Of a stretch of 64,000 nucleotides of DNA, positions 42,226-52,162 are shown piece after piece. This DNA is from Chthoniobacteraceae bacterium. GTDB lineage: Bacteria; Verrucomicrobiota; Verrucomicrobiia; Chthoniobacterales; Chthoniobacteraceae. The stretch is from positions 542,566-606,565 of the forward strand of contig JAQGOL010000030.1 in assembly GCA_028293625.1 (NCBI GenBank), given 5' to 3'. The notes under the pieces are model-generated. The model was given only the letters and a program-made list of their open reading frames with translations, had not been told where the DNA came from and searched no databases. Position numbers and translations under genes: made by a program. Positions within the stretch are counted from its first letter, which is position 1. Every line of letters begins with the position of its first letter.

Positions 42226-43110
42226 ATGGACTCCGTCACTCGAGTGCTCCGCGTTGGGTTGCCATCCGGCAGCCTTCAGGAGCCCACCTTTACCCTCTTC
42301 TCAAAAGCCGGCTTCAACATCTCAGGCGCGAGCCGAAGCTACAAACCGGCGGTCGATGATCCTGAAATGGTCATCCGCCTCCTTCGCGCCCAGGAGATTT
42401 CCCGCTATGTCGAACACGGATTTCTCGATTGCGGACTGACCGGCAAAGATTGGATCGAAAACAATGGCTCCGACGTCGCCCGGCTCGCCGAGATGACATT
42501 TTCCAAGGCAAGCAACAAACCGACACGCTGGGTCATTGCCGTGCCGGAAGATTCCCCGATCAAGTCAGTACACGATCTTCAAGGCAAAGTGATCGCCACC
42601 GAAGCGGTGGAGATGACGCGCCGCTACCTGGCCGAGCACGGCGTCACGGCCACGATCGAATTTTCGTGGGGCGCGACCGAGGTAAAAGTGCCCGATCTGG
42701 TCGACGCGATTGTCGACGTGACTGAGACGGGATCCTCTTTGCGCGCCAATAAACTGCGCATCCTGGAGACGATCATGGAATCGTCCCCGCAGATCATCGC
42801 CAATAAGCAGGCGCTCGAAGATCCGTGGAAAAAGCAGAAGATTGAAACGATGGTCATGCTGCTTCAGGGCGCCCACGCTGCGCGGGACAAAGTCGGCCTC
42901 AAGATGAATCTGCCCGGCGACAAGCTTGAGGAGCTATTGCGCGCGCTGCCTGCCTTGCGCAATCCCACCGTAGCTCATCTGGCGCATTCAGACTGGGTGG
43001 CGGTGGAAACCATCATCGACGAGAGCGTTGTGCGCGAGATCATCCCGCAGCTCAAATTGCTCGGAGCCGAAGGGATCATTGAGTATCCGCTTAACAAAGT
43101 CGTTTATTAG
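42226..43110 (+). CDS. hisG: ATP phosphoribosyltransferase (long form)
   Basis: LRVGLPSGSLQEPTFTLFSKAGF, GFLDCGLTGKDW, DAIVDVTETGSSLRAN, and a C-terminal regulatory domain. Confidence 0.9.
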   Translation: MDSVTRVLRVGLPSGSLQEPTFTLFSKAGFNISGASRSYKPAVDDPEMVIRLLRAQEISRYVEHGFLDCGLTGKDWIENNGSDVARLAEMTFSKASNKPTRWVIAVPEDSPIKSVHDLQGKVIATEAVEMTRRYLAEHGVTATIEFSWGATEVKVPDLVDAIVDVTETGSSLRANKLRILETIMESSPQIIANKQALEDPWKKQKIETMVMLLQGAHAARDKVGLKMNLPGDKLEELLRALPALRNPTVAHLAHSDWVAVETIIDESVVREIIPQLKLLGAEGIIEYPLNKVVY

Positions 43111-43237
43111 CACCCGCCGCGAAAGCAAATCAGGGGTGAAAAGATTGCGCACAAATTCCGATTGCCCACCGTGCCGATTCGTGTTCTCCTCTGCCCCCCC
43201 TAATCAAAAGTCACAGTCGTAAAATTGCCATATCCTC

Positions 43238-43342
43238 ATGGGTTCACTTAAAAAGAGACGGAAAGCGAAAATCGCCAAGCACAAACGCCGCAAGCGGATG
43301 AAAGAAAACCGCCACAAGAAGCGTTTGCGCTACAAGTCCTAG
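43238..43342 (+). CDS. small basic protein, bS22/AURKAIP1-COX24-like (34 aa; not in ORF track)
   Basis: MGSLKKRRKAKIAKHKRRKRMKENRHKKRLRYKS closely resembles the mycobacterial bS22 pattern MGS.IKKRRKRM.KKKHRK.L...R as I recall it. Confidence 0.6.
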   Translation: MGSLKKRRKAKIAKHKRRKRMKENRHKKRLRYKS

Positions 43343-43358
43343 GCGCTAGGTTGCGCGG

Positions 43359-45236
43359 ATGATCTCGCTCTGGCTGACACGTTGTTCTTGGCCTCGGGCA
43401 TTTTTCTCCGCAAAATCGATCGCAGCGGCGACGTTCTCCGTCACGCTCCTCAACACTCCGGCATCGCTTGCCGGAGTGTGGCCTCTCATAGCCAAAGGCC
43501 CGGCAAAATCTTTGCCGGCCAAAGCCGCCTCCGCACCTTCCCGCTCGGCGGCTGCGTCACAGAAACCCGGCACCCCGGAATATGCGGACGCTCTCCCCTC
43601 CCCTCCGCGCAAAGCAGCGCCGGATCTCCTCTTAACGAAGGCGGATCTGCAAAAGGCCTCCGCGTACACCGAGTTTGCGCGCGCCCTTATTTCCGAAGAC
43701 AATGCGGACTCAGATAAAGCGCTCGCGGCTTATCGCCGTGCGCTCGATGCCGACCCCAGTTACACGGAACTGGCGGTCAAGATCGCATACGAGCTTGCGC
43801 GCCGGAACGATATCGCCGGAGCCATCCAGATTCTCAAGGACGCCATCAAGGCCACTCCCAAGGAACCTCTGCCGCTCATCTATCTTTCACAGCTTTACTC
43901 CAAGAACCTCAGGAAACCGGATCTCGCCCTGAAATACGCTGAACAGGCGCTTTCAGTCGCTCCTGAAAATTTCTCGTCCCACCTTGCATTGGTTGACCTT
44001 TACGTGGCCGGCGGTCAGACAAAAAAGGCGGAGCAGGCGCTTGAGCGCGCTTCAAAGCTCGACACGCTCGATCCGAAGTTCTGGGTGCAGCTCGGTGATC
44101 TTTATGCGCGGCTCTATCTGAAGGAAGAAACGCCGCCCCAATCTCCCGAGTTGGAAAAGATGAACGCCCTTTACCGGAAGGCCGCCGATCTAGGACGCAC
44201 CGATGCCACGGTCCTTACCAAAGTCGGCGACTACTTTGTGCTCTCCCGGCAGGTCAAGGATGCCGTCCCTTTTTACGTCTCGGCTCTTCAACAAAAACCT
44301 GGCCCCGAGGATGCGCCTCTTAACAACCTGCGAGACAAGCTCGCCCGAGCTTATCTGGTCCTTGAAAATCGCGACGAGGCCATTCGGCTTTTTGAAGATA
44401 TCGTCAAGGAGAGCCCGATGCGTTTTGAGACCTTCGAGATCCTCGGGGAACTTTACGAGAAAGCCGACAATATCGACAAGGCGCTCGAAAACTACGAACG
44501 CGGCCTGCAGCTCAACAACGCCGAGCCTCGCAGCTATACGCGCCTCACATCGATGCTCCTCACCGCCAAGCGCTTCGATAAGGCAATTGAAGTCATGCGC
44601 GCCGCCAGGGCCCGCTTCCCGGACCGGCCTGAGGTGGCATTGAGTCTCGCGCTCGCTCTTTCCCAAGCCAAACAGCACGAGGAAGCGATGGCGGCGTTTG
44701 AGGAAGCTTTTGGCGAGTCAAAGCAGAGCCATGAAGAGATGCTTACCCCTTCCTTTTATTTCCAGTATGGCGCGGCCGCGGAGATGGCGGGCAAGCTCGA
44801 TAAAGCGGTGGAGTTACTTAAAAAAAGCATCCAACTCGATCCCGCGAACGCCTCTGAAGCTTATAATTACCTCGGTTATATGTGGGCCGATCGCGGCATG
44901 AACCTGGAAGAAGCGGGCGAGATGCTTAAAAAAGCGCTCGAACTCGATCCTGACAACGGATCGTTCATTGATAGCCTGGGATGGCTCTACTTTAAAAAAG
45001 GCGAGTATGAACCCGCCTTAAAAGAGCTGCTGCGCGCGGCGGAAATGATCCGCCCGGATTCGGCTGATGTTCTCGACCATGTCGGCGATACTTATCAGGC
45101 GCTGAACAAACCGGCTGAAGCTCTTAGTTATTGGCAACGCGCGCTGGCAGCTGAACCCGGCGATGAAAAAATCGCCGCCAAGATTCATGCTGCCACCGGC
45201 AAGGCAACGTCGCCCAAGCCAGTTCCGGCGCCTTAG
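43359..45236 (+). CDS. tetratricopeptide (TPR) repeat protein, probably exported
   Basis: Many TPR units (ALAAYRRALDADPSYTE, ALKYAEQALSVAPENF, ALENYERGLQLNNAEP, AVELLKKSIQLDPANA, ALSYWQRALAAEPGD) and a hydrophobic N-terminus. Confidence 0.8.
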   Translation: MISLWLTRCSWPRAFFSAKSIAAATFSVTLLNTPASLAGVWPLIAKGPAKSLPAKAASAPSRSAAASQKPGTPEYADALPSPPRKAAPDLLLTKADLQKASAYTEFARALISEDNADSDKALAAYRRALDADPSYTELAVKIAYELARRNDIAGAIQILKDAIKATPKEPLPLIYLSQLYSKNLRKPDLALKYAEQALSVAPENFSSHLALVDLYVAGGQTKKAEQALERASKLDTLDPKFWVQLGDLYARLYLKEETPPQSPELEKMNALYRKAADLGRTDATVLTKVGDYFVLSRQVKDAVPFYVSALQQKPGPEDAPLNNLRDKLARAYLVLENRDEAIRLFEDIVKESPMRFETFEILGELYEKADNIDKALENYERGLQLNNAEPRSYTRLTSMLLTAKRFDKAIEVMRAARARFPDRPEVALSLALALSQAKQHEEAMAAFEEAFGESKQSHEEMLTPSFYFQYGAAAEMAGKLDKAVELLKKSIQLDPANASEAYNYLGYMWADRGMNLEEAGEMLKKALELDPDNGSFIDSLGWLYFKKGEYEPALKELLRAAEMIRPDSADVLDHVGDTYQALNKPAEALSYWQRALAAEPGDEKIAAKIHAATGKATSPKPVPAP

Positions 45237-45244
45237 GCCCCTTA

Positions 45245-45415
45245 TTAGTTCTCGCCGTGCGACTGGATGCGGTCGCCCACGCGGCTTACCACATGGCCAG
45301 TCTTGGCCGCGCCGTGTCCGACCACATGCACGCCCTTGCGCGCAACATGCTCGGCGGGGGCGCACCCAACAACAAAAACGGCGCCCAGGATGAGTAGGAA
45401 GTATCTGGAGTTCAT
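45245..45415 (-). CDS. small putative lipoprotein (56 aa; not in ORF track)
   Basis: MNSRYFLLILGAVFVVGC (a lipobox-like VVGC) followed by the His/Gly-rich KGVHVVGHGAAKTGHVVSRVGDRIQSHGEN. Double TAA stop. Confidence 0.45.
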   Translation of the reverse strand: MNSRYFLLILGAVFVVGCAPAEHVARKGVHVVGHGAAKTGHVVSRVGDRIQSHGEN

Positions 45416-45469
45416 GCCGTTAAAATCGGGACCGGCCAGCTTCCCGGAGGTAGATGCTCTATCGGAATC

Positions 45470-46342
45470 TTAGCTTACAAACTCCAACTCCACTGGTGCC
45501 GGAATAAGGCCGGCGGCATGGGCGCGTCCAAGAAATTCGCGAATAGCCTGCCGGCCCGAATCGCCGTAATCGAGAGTATAATCGTTCACATACATCCCAA
45601 TGAATTGGTCGGCGAGCGTGGTATCCATTCCGCGCGCAAGCGGCATGGCATGCGCAACCCCTGCACCGCGATGTTTGAGCCCGTAAAGGATACTCTCGCG
45701 CAGCACCAGATTGATCTCGCTGCGGTCGGCGGGCGAAATGTCTTTTCGAATCACATTACCGCCCAAAGGCAGCGGCAAACCGGTCCCGGCTTTCCACCAT
45801 TCACCCAGGTCGACTACTTTATCGAATCCATCACGCGCATAGGTGAGCTGCCCTTCATGGATGATGAGTCCGGCATCCGCCTTGCCCGATTTTACAAAGT
45901 CGAAAATCTCATCAAACGGAACGACTTCGAAATTGATCTCCTTGCCCATGTAAAGCTGAAGGGCAAGAAACGCGCTCGTCATCAGGCCAGGCACGGCGAT
46001 GGTGCGTCCGCGCAGCCAATCGACAATGGCGGTTTCCTCGGAGAGATCGGGCAGCCTGGTGCCTGTCGGAGCGATCACCATTGGTCCGTAGCCGTCGCCC
46101 ATGCTCGCGCCGCATGGCAGGAGTGCATATTGATCGAGCACATACGCGTAGGCGTGAATTGAGATGGCTGAGATGTGCAACTCCCCGCGTGTCGCCCGCT
46201 CGTTGAGGGTCTGGATATCTTGAAGCGTGTGCTCAAAGGTCCAGCCGTGCGTGTCGATCTTATTCTCGGCAAGCGCATAAAACATGAATGCGTCGTCGGG
46301 ATCGGGCGAATGGCCAAGGGTTAAAGCTTTGGATGAAGGCAT
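45470..46342 (-). CDS. menaquinone (futalosine pathway) MqnA/MqnD-family protein, MqnD-like
   Basis: LTLGHSPDPDDAFMFYALAENKID...DIQTLNERATRGELHISAISIHAYAYV...GASMGDGYGPMVIA fits the VitK2_biosynth family pattern. ATG 46342; the track's longer ORF would run through the ilvC terminator. Confidence 0.7.
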   Translation of the reverse strand: MPSSKALTLGHSPDPDDAFMFYALAENKIDTHGWTFEHTLQDIQTLNERATRGELHISAISIHAYAYVLDQYALLPCGASMGDGYGPMVIAPTGTRLPDLSEETAIVDWLRGRTIAVPGLMTSAFLALQLYMGKEINFEVVPFDEIFDFVKSGKADAGLIIHEGQLTYARDGFDKVVDLGEWWKAGTGLPLPLGGNVIRKDISPADRSEINLVLRESILYGLKHRGAGVAHAMPLARGMDTTLADQFIGMYVNDYTLDYGDSGRQAIREFLGRAHAAGLIPAPVELEFVS

Positions 46343-46480
46343 GGGGCGCAAACGCTGCCCCAATCCCTTCCAGCGGGCAATGCTTTTGGGTAACTCACCT
46401 CTCATCCCCTTTTTAATACACAGGCACTCCACTGCCCAGCTCCGGCCTGCCACCTCAGGTCTCCGCTCAAACCTGGAAAA

Positions 46481-46518
46481 CCAAAAAAAAAGAGCCCCGG
46501 GAGTTATCCCGGGGCTCT
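46481..46518 (-). terminator. intrinsic terminator of ilvC
   Basis: Minus strand AGAGCCCCGGG-ataact-CCCGGGGCTCT followed by TTTTTTTTTGG: a perfect 11-bp stem located 7 nt after the ilvC stop. Confidence 0.85.
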
Positions 46519-46524
46519 GTAAAC

Positions 46525-47550
46525 TTAGTAGGAAGCCTGGGCGCCCTTGAGATTCTTCTTCTGAATCCAAGGCATCAGACCGCGAAGGCGTGCGCCGGTC
46601 TTTTCAATCGGATGCTTTTCACCGTCAGCCAGAAGCTTTTTGTAAGTCTGGTAGCCACCCTCGTATTCCTTGATCCAGCCTTTGGCGAACTTGCCGCTCT
46701 GAATGTCCTTGAGCGCCGCCACCATCCGCTTCTTGACGCTGCCGTCGATGATCTTCGGTCCAACCGATACATCGCCCCATTTTGCGGTCTCGGAGATGGA
46801 GAAACGCATGCCGGCGATGCCGGACTCGTTCATGAGATCGACAATCAACTTCAACTCATGGAGGCACTCAAAGTAAGCCATCTCAGGAGAATAACCTGCT
46901 TCGGTCAGCGTCTCGAACCCAGCCTGCACGAGCGCGCTCACGCCGCCGCAAAGGACGGTCTGTTCGCCGAACAAATCGGTCTCGGTCTCCTCCTTGAAAG
47001 TGGTTTCAATAACGCCGCCACGGGTTCCGCCGACGCCTTTGGCCCAGGCCAGAGCGATCTTCTTGGCCTGCTTGCTTGGGTTCTGGTAGATGGCGATCAA
47101 CGCGGGCACCCCTTTGCCTTCGGTATATTGACGGCGCACGATGTGGCCGGGACCTTTCGGGGCGACCATGATCACGTCGACATCCGCCGGAGGAGTCACT
47201 GTCTTAAAATGGATGGCGAAACCGTGGCTGAAAAGGAGCGTCTTGCCCTTGACCAGGTTCGGCGCGATGTCGGCTTCGTAAACGGCGGGGATCTTGGTGT
47301 CAGGCACCGCCACAAAAATCACGTCGGCCAGCTTGACGGCTTCACCGGTGTCGAAGACTTCAAATCCTTTTTCCTCGGCAACCTGGCGCGACTTGCTGCC
47401 AGGATAGAGGCCAACGATAACCTTGACTCCGGATTCCTTAAGGTTGAGCGCATGGGCGTGCCCCTGGCTTCCGAACCCGATGACCGCACAGGTCTTTCCG
47501 GCAAGGTATTTAAGGTCGGCGTCTTTGTCTGTATAGATTTTGGCAGGCAT
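46525..47550 (-). CDS. ilvC: ketol-acid reductoisomerase
   Basis: [41 protein letters not shown]... The class I KARI sequence is recognisable throughout. Confidence 0.95.
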   Translation of the reverse strand: MPAKIYTDKDADLKYLAGKTCAVIGFGSQGHAHALNLKESGVKVIVGLYPGSKSRQVAEEKGFEVFDTGEAVKLADVIFVAVPDTKIPAVYEADIAPNLVKGKTLLFSHGFAIHFKTVTPPADVDVIMVAPKGPGHIVRRQYTEGKGVPALIAIYQNPSKQAKKIALAWAKGVGGTRGGVIETTFKEETETDLFGEQTVLCGGVSALVQAGFETLTEAGYSPEMAYFECLHELKLIVDLMNESGIAGMRFSISETAKWGDVSVGPKIIDGSVKKRMVAALKDIQSGKFAKGWIKEYEGGYQTYKKLLADGEKHPIEKTGARLRGLMPWIQKKNLKGAQASY

Positions 47551-47587
47551 GAGAGTGGTGGAGATGAGGAGTGAAAGTGGGGAGGAA

Positions 47588-48067
47588 CTATTCCGATTTG
47601 CGGGCGAGCGCGACTTTGCCGGTGCGGGTCAGATCGCTGATACCAAAAGGATCCATCAGCAGGAGAAACTTGTTTACCTTGCTCTCGTTGCCAGTGATCT
47701 CGATGGAAACATTGCGGTGCTGCACGTCGATGATCTTGGCGCGGAATATATCGCAGATCTGCATCACCTCCGCCCGGGTCTGGGCATTGACGCTTACACG
47801 CATGAGCACCAGTTCGCGGTCGACGTATTCGTCATCGCGGAAATCCTGGATATCGATCACGTCAATGAGCTTGTTCAGCTGCTTGGTGACCTGCTCCAGC
47901 ACGGTGTCGTTGCCGCGCACGACGATGGTCATTCGCGAAGTCGAAGGGTCCAGCGTTGGTCCAACATTGAGCGTATCGATGTTAAAACCGCGGCCACTGA
48001 ACATTCCGGCAATGCGCGTGAGCACGCCGAACTTGTTCTCAACCAAAACCGAGATCGTGTGTCGCAT
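47588..48067 (-). CDS. ilvN: acetolactate synthase small (regulatory) subunit
   Basis: [38 protein letters not shown] (ACT domain). ATG 48067. Confidence 0.9.
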   Translation of the reverse strand: MRHTISVLVENKFGVLTRIAGMFSGRGFNIDTLNVGPTLDPSTSRMTIVVRGNDTVLEQVTKQLNKLIDVIDIQDFRDDEYVDRELVLMRVSVNAQTRAEVMQICDIFRAKIIDVQHRNVSIEITGNESKVNKFLLLMDPFGISDLTRTGKVALARKSE

Positions 48068-48128
48068 AGAAAGGGCGGCGAAAGTGGAGAAACCCACGCA
48101 CCCCGTCAAATCCTAAATCAAAGTGAAT

Positions 48129-48144
48129 CAATGCAGCTGCATTG
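48129..48144. promoter_or_regulatory. 16-bp perfect palindrome CAATGCAGCTGCATTG between the kinase gene and ilvN
   Basis: Read directly from the sequence. It lies 62 nt upstream of the ilvN start and 11 nt downstream of the kinase stop. Confidence 0.3.
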
Positions 48145-48154
48145 CGGCGTGCAA

Positions 48155-48868
48155 TCAGCGCGGCGAGCGGCGCGAAGGAAGGAGCATTTCAAATTGGGTT
48201 CGGCCTCGCTCGCTTTGGTAGCGAATAGTGCCGCCAAGCTGTTCCGCAAAGCCAAGCGCGACCGTCAATCCAAGGCCGAATGCGCTCGATTCGTGTTTCA
48301 GCGAAAAGAACGGGGCGAAGATTTTGCCCTGCGATTCAATCGGCACACCCAGCCCGTTATCGATCACTTTGAGGGAAACCCAGCAACCGGACTGCGAAGC
48401 GGCACTGAAAACGCGCCCGGTTTGTTCCGCCTGAAGTTGAATTTGAATGCGCCCTCCCTCCACCGTCGCTTCGCAGGCGTTGCGCACGAGCTCGAAAATG
48501 GCGATCCGAAGCCGCTTTGCATCGGCCCACACCCGAGGAAGATCCGGCGCGGCATCAATCTCAATAATGGTATTGGGCCCATGCATGCTTGCAAAACCGG
48601 GACGCAACAGGCGGACAAATTCGCCCAAGTCAATCTCCCGCCATACCAGGGCGGGAGGGCGCACAATGGAATGCGCACGGTTCATCAGCTCAGTCGCGCT
48701 CTGGGCGCCTTTTTTGAGAAGATGCAGGGCATCGAGGGCATCTGGGCTCAAACGTTTGTCGTCAAGCAGGATACCCACGTGGCCGTGGAAAACCGCCAGA
48801 ATGTTATTCATGCGGTGGGTAAGACCACGCATTAATTGATCTTGAAAATCCGAACGTTCGATCTGCAT
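48155..48868 (-). CDS. soluble histidine kinase (HisKA + HATPase_c, no sensor domain seen)
   Basis: H-box MRGLTHRMNNILAVFHG, N-box ELVRNACEAT, and G-boxes VIDNGLGVP and FGLGLTVALGFAEQLGG. Confidence 0.8.
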   Translation of the reverse strand: MQIERSDFQDQLMRGLTHRMNNILAVFHGHVGILLDDKRLSPDALDALHLLKKGAQSATELMNRAHSIVRPPALVWREIDLGEFVRLLRPGFASMHGPNTIIEIDAAPDLPRVWADAKRLRIAIFELVRNACEATVEGGRIQIQLQAEQTGRVFSAASQSGCWVSLKVIDNGLGVPIESQGKIFAPFFSLKHESSAFGLGLTVALGFAEQLGGTIRYQSERGRTQFEMLLPSRRSPR

Positions 48869-48955
48869 GGGGACGCGCCTATCGAGCAAAAGATGTGCCG
48901 CCTAAACAGACGTTGACGCCAGCATGGAGACACTCTCCGAAAAAGATTGATTTGA

Positions 48956-49945
48956 TCACGTCAACCCGCCCGTTGTTACCTCGCCGCCGCCAAGCACGTG
49001 GAGCGTGCCACGCGTGTCGCGCACCAGAAGCTGTCCTTCCAAATCGAGACTCTCGGCCAGCCCCTCAATGATCACGTCGGCCGCCCGCAGCCGGATCCAT
49101 CCACCAAGAATGGAACTGCGCCCGGTGGCTTTCCTGATGATTTGTTCAAAGCCGGTCTCAAGCTTTGGAAGCCACGCCTCCAACTCGTGAAAAATCGCCA
49201 CGGCGAGCGCCGCGCGATCAATCCGGCTTCCGCTCATTTCTTTTAACGAGGAGGCGGTTTGGACCAGTTCCTCGGGAAAATCTTCGGCTCCGTGATTCAC
49301 ATTGATCCCGATGCCGAGCACGGCGAATGAACGTCCGCTCCGGTCCGCTCCGGTTTCAATCAGGATGCCAGCGACTTTTTTCCCATCAATCTGGATATCG
49401 TTGGGCCATTTGATACGCACCCTTCCCTCGGAAAGGTGAAGCGTTTTCTCAATCGCCTCGGCAATTGCCACCGCCACATACGTTGTCAGACGCGGCCATT
49501 TTGCCGGTGGCAGATCCGGTTGCAACAGGAGCGATTGCCAAAGTCCAAGGGAGGCCGCCGATTGCCAGCGCCGCCCAAATCGGCCGCGTCCCGCGTTTTG
49601 GCGTTCGGCAAAAACGGCGACTCCACCCGCGGCTCCATTGCGGCCAAGTTGGGCGGCGACATCGTTGGTGGAATCGGTTTCTTTAAAAACGAGGATTTCC
49701 CGGATCAACGTGCTCGGACCGAGACGCGCCCAGAGATCATCGGCGATCAAACGATCCGGTGCGGCTAAATAACGGTAACCAAGGCCGGGGCGCTCCTCGA
49801 TTTCAAATCCGGCAATGCGCAATTCCGCGATCGCCGATTCAATGGCAGAGAGTGTGACGGCCAGTTGCGCGGCCAGATCGCCACCGGCGCAATAAAGCGG
49901 AGCCACCCGGAGCGCTTTGAGCAGGGCAGCATCGATGCCGCTCAC
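48956..49945 (-). CDS. birA: bifunctional biotin-[acetyl-CoA-carboxylase] ligase / biotin operon repressor
   Basis: N-terminal winged HTH, QNAGRGRFGRRW (the GRGRxGRxW motif), KWPNDI, and a C-terminal SH3-like domain. The GTG start overlaps the nadC stop. Confidence 0.88.
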   Translation of the reverse strand: MSGIDAALLKALRVAPLYCAGGDLAAQLAVTLSAIESAIAELRIAGFEIEERPGLGYRYLAAPDRLIADDLWARLGPSTLIREILVFKETDSTNDVAAQLGRNGAAGGVAVFAERQNAGRGRFGRRWQSAASLGLWQSLLLQPDLPPAKWPRLTTYVAVAIAEAIEKTLHLSEGRVRIKWPNDIQIDGKKVAGILIETGADRSGRSFAVLGIGINVNHGAEDFPEELVQTASSLKEMSGSRIDRAALAVAIFHELEAWLPKLETGFEQIIRKATGRSSILGGWIRLRAADVIIEGLAESLDLEGQLLVRDTRGTLHVLGGGEVTTGGLT

Positions 49946-50802
49946 GGGAGGAGCTCAAGCGAGTAATCAATGGCCACTGCCGAATGCGTCAACGCGCCAA
50001 TCGAGATAAAATCAACACCGGTGGCCGCGATGGCGCCGATGGTTTCAAGCGTCACGCCGCCGCTCGCTTCAAACTCAATCGAATCGCTTCCCAGCCGCAC
50101 CGCCTCGCGCATTTCGCCCGTGGTCATGTTATCGAGCAGGATCACATCAATTCCGCCCAGGGTGACGAACTCGCGCACTTGTTGAAGGGTATCGGCTTCC
50201 AGCTCGACGCGAACGCCGGGATGCTCGGCTCGAAACCGCGCGATCGCGGCACCCAACTCGGCGCCATGCCCGCTTGCAAGCAGGTGATTGTCTTTAATTA
50301 GCACCATATCAAACAACCCAAACCGATGATTGACGCCGCCTCCAAACACTACCGCCGCCTTTTCCAAGGCACGCAAACCTGGCGTTGTTTTTCGTGTATC
50401 GAGAATCCGCGCCTTGTGCTTGCCGGCGGCATCGACAAAACGCCGCGTCAGAGTGGCAACCCCGGAGAGCCGCTGCAGGAAATTAAGCGCGACGCGTTCA
50501 GCCGTGAGGATGGAGCGGACCGGTCCTTCAATTTCGAGTACGGTATTGCCTTTAAAAAGTCGGGTGCCCGACGGCGCAACTACATTGACGATCACGCTCG
50601 GGTCGACTCTGGAAAATACTTCCGCCGCCGTTTCCACGCCGGCCGCCGTAGCCGCTTCTTTGACAAAAATACGCGCTTTGCGGGACTCTGTTCCGAGGAA
50701 ATATTGAGAAGTCAGATCGCCTGTCCCGATGTCCTCGGCGAGAGCAATTCCGATAGGATCGTGGGGAGTGCAAACGGAAGGAGGGAGATCGGAAGTGGCC
50801 AT
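49942..50802 (-). CDS. nadC: nicotinate-nucleotide diphosphorylase (carboxylating)
   Basis: IGIALAEDIGTGDLTSQYF, ERVALNFLQRLSGVAT, RKTTPGLR, DMVLIKDNH and a C-terminal TIM-barrel part. ATG 50802. Confidence 0.9.
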   Translation of the reverse strand: MATSDLPPSVCTPHDPIGIALAEDIGTGDLTSQYFLGTESRKARIFVKEAATAAGVETAAEVFSRVDPSVIVNVVAPSGTRLFKGNTVLEIEGPVRSILTAERVALNFLQRLSGVATLTRRFVDAAGKHKARILDTRKTTPGLRALEKAAVVFGGGVNHRFGLFDMVLIKDNHLLASGHGAELGAAIARFRAEHPGVRVELEADTLQQVREFVTLGGIDVILLDNMTTGEMREAVRLGSDSIEFEASGGVTLETIGAIAATGVDFISIGALTHSAVAIDYSLELLP

Positions 50803-50920
50803 GCGCTCGCCGCTGCTTAAATCGCCCCCCCAAAATCCGCAATGAAGAAGTGAGACTCTTCTCTGAGTGGCGGCGTCGCTTCCCGGCTTTTCAGGCGTTT
50901 TATAAACGGAAAAAAGCAGA

Positions 50921-52162
50921 TTACGCGGCCGAAGAATAAACGCTGCGGCCCCGCACAAATGTCTCCACCACCGCCTCCGGTCCGCCGCGATGGATGCAGA
51001 GACTGAGGATATCTTCCGGACAGAGTTCGACACGGGGAGTTCCCGCGACCCGGGAGTAGGGCATCAGGCGGCTGTAATCGAGCACCAACAAGTCGGCTTC
51101 CTTGCCGGGCTCAAAGCTCCCGATCTGCCGCCCTTTGCCAAGCGCGTCCGCCGCGCCCTGGGTGGCAAGATACAACGCTTCGCTCGAAGTCGGGATCGCG
51201 ACATTTTTTTCGTAAAAAGAGCGGGCCTTTTGCGATTCAATGGCCCCCCGCATCACCCGCCACATGTTGAGTTCAGGACCTGCGGCGACATCACTTCCAA
51301 GGCCGATGCTCAGGCCGGTGGCGCGCATTTGATCGAGGGCAAGTATCCCGCTTTTTAAAAAAAGATTGGCGGTCGGACAGTGGGCTACGCGGGACTGCGT
51401 TTCGGCCAGCACCTCGCGCTCACGCTGCGCCAGATGCAGGCAATGGCCAAGCACGGTCCGAGGTCCGAGCAATCCGCACTTCTCATAAACCTCCGTGTAA
51501 TCCTGGGCCCACGGAAATTGGTGCCGCACCTTTTCACACTCCTCGATGTTCTCAGCCAGATGCGTCTGGATATACGCGCCATATTGCTTGGCCAGCCAGG
51601 AGGCCCCGCGCATCATTTTCTCGCTGCATGCCACGGCAAACCGCGGACTGACCGCGTAGTCAATGAGCCCGTCATTGGCGCCGTGCCATGTTTTGCAAAG
51701 GCGCTCGGATTCATGGAGCGAAATGGAAACCACTTTGGTCGGTTGCGCCTGGCCATAGGAACCGACGTCCATCATCGTCTTGCCCATGATGATTCGCAGC
51801 CCGCTCAAGGCAGCCGCCTGGAACGCCGCTTCGCAACTATCCTCATACACCGCCGTGTAAAGCATCGCCGTGGTCGTGCCGTTGCGCGCGAGCTCATCAA
51901 AAAACGCCCCCGCCTCGCGCCGTCCTTTGGGCCCGGTAAATTCCCGTTCCATCGGGAAAATATGCTGGCGCAACCACGGCAGCAGCTCGGTCTGGCCACG
52001 CGCCACGGCCGGATATTGCGCCACATGGGCGTGCATATCGATGAGGCCGGGAAAGACCGCCACCTGGTTCGAATGCGTCCAGCGCACCGGCAGCTCGCGC
52101 GTTTTTCGGAAGAGGGACGGGTAATCGCCAAATTCCCGGATCCGCCCGTTTTCAATCACCAT
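50921..52162 (-). CDS. amidohydrolase, guanine-deaminase-like
   Basis: FPGLIDMHAHVAQYP...LLPWLRQHIFPMEREF, THLAENIEE, LGHCLHL, GLGSDVAAG. Family-like sequence (LLGIRGCFIDAPEYG...VDGAMVIENGRI) continues upstream of ATG 52162 with no ATG/GTG/TTG before the sucB stop, so the start is uncertain. Confidence 0.75.
   Translation of the reverse strand: MVIENGRIREFGDYPSLFRKTRELPVRWTHSNQVAVFPGLIDMHAHVAQYPAVARGQTELLPWLRQHIFPMEREFTGPKGRREAGAFFDELARNGTTTAMLYTAVYEDSCEAAFQAAALSGLRIIMGKTMMDVGSYGQAQPTKVVSISLHESERLCKTWHGANDGLIDYAVSPRFAVACSEKMMRGASWLAKQYGAYIQTHLAENIEECEKVRHQFPWAQDYTEVYEKCGLLGPRTVLGHCLHLAQREREVLAETQSRVAHCPTANLFLKSGILALDQMRATGLSIGLGSDVAAGPELNMWRVMRGAIESQKARSFYEKNVAIPTSSEALYLATQGAADALGKGRQIGSFEPGKEADLLVLDYSRLMPYSRVAGTPRVELCPEDILSLCIHRGGPEAVVETFVRGRSVYSSAA

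Noticed and set aside
46343-46570. N-terminal extension of the MqnD-like ORF (track start 46570)
   Set aside because: The extension overlaps the 3' end of ilvC and runs through its strong intrinsic terminator (46481-46518). The conserved sequence starts at ATG 46342.
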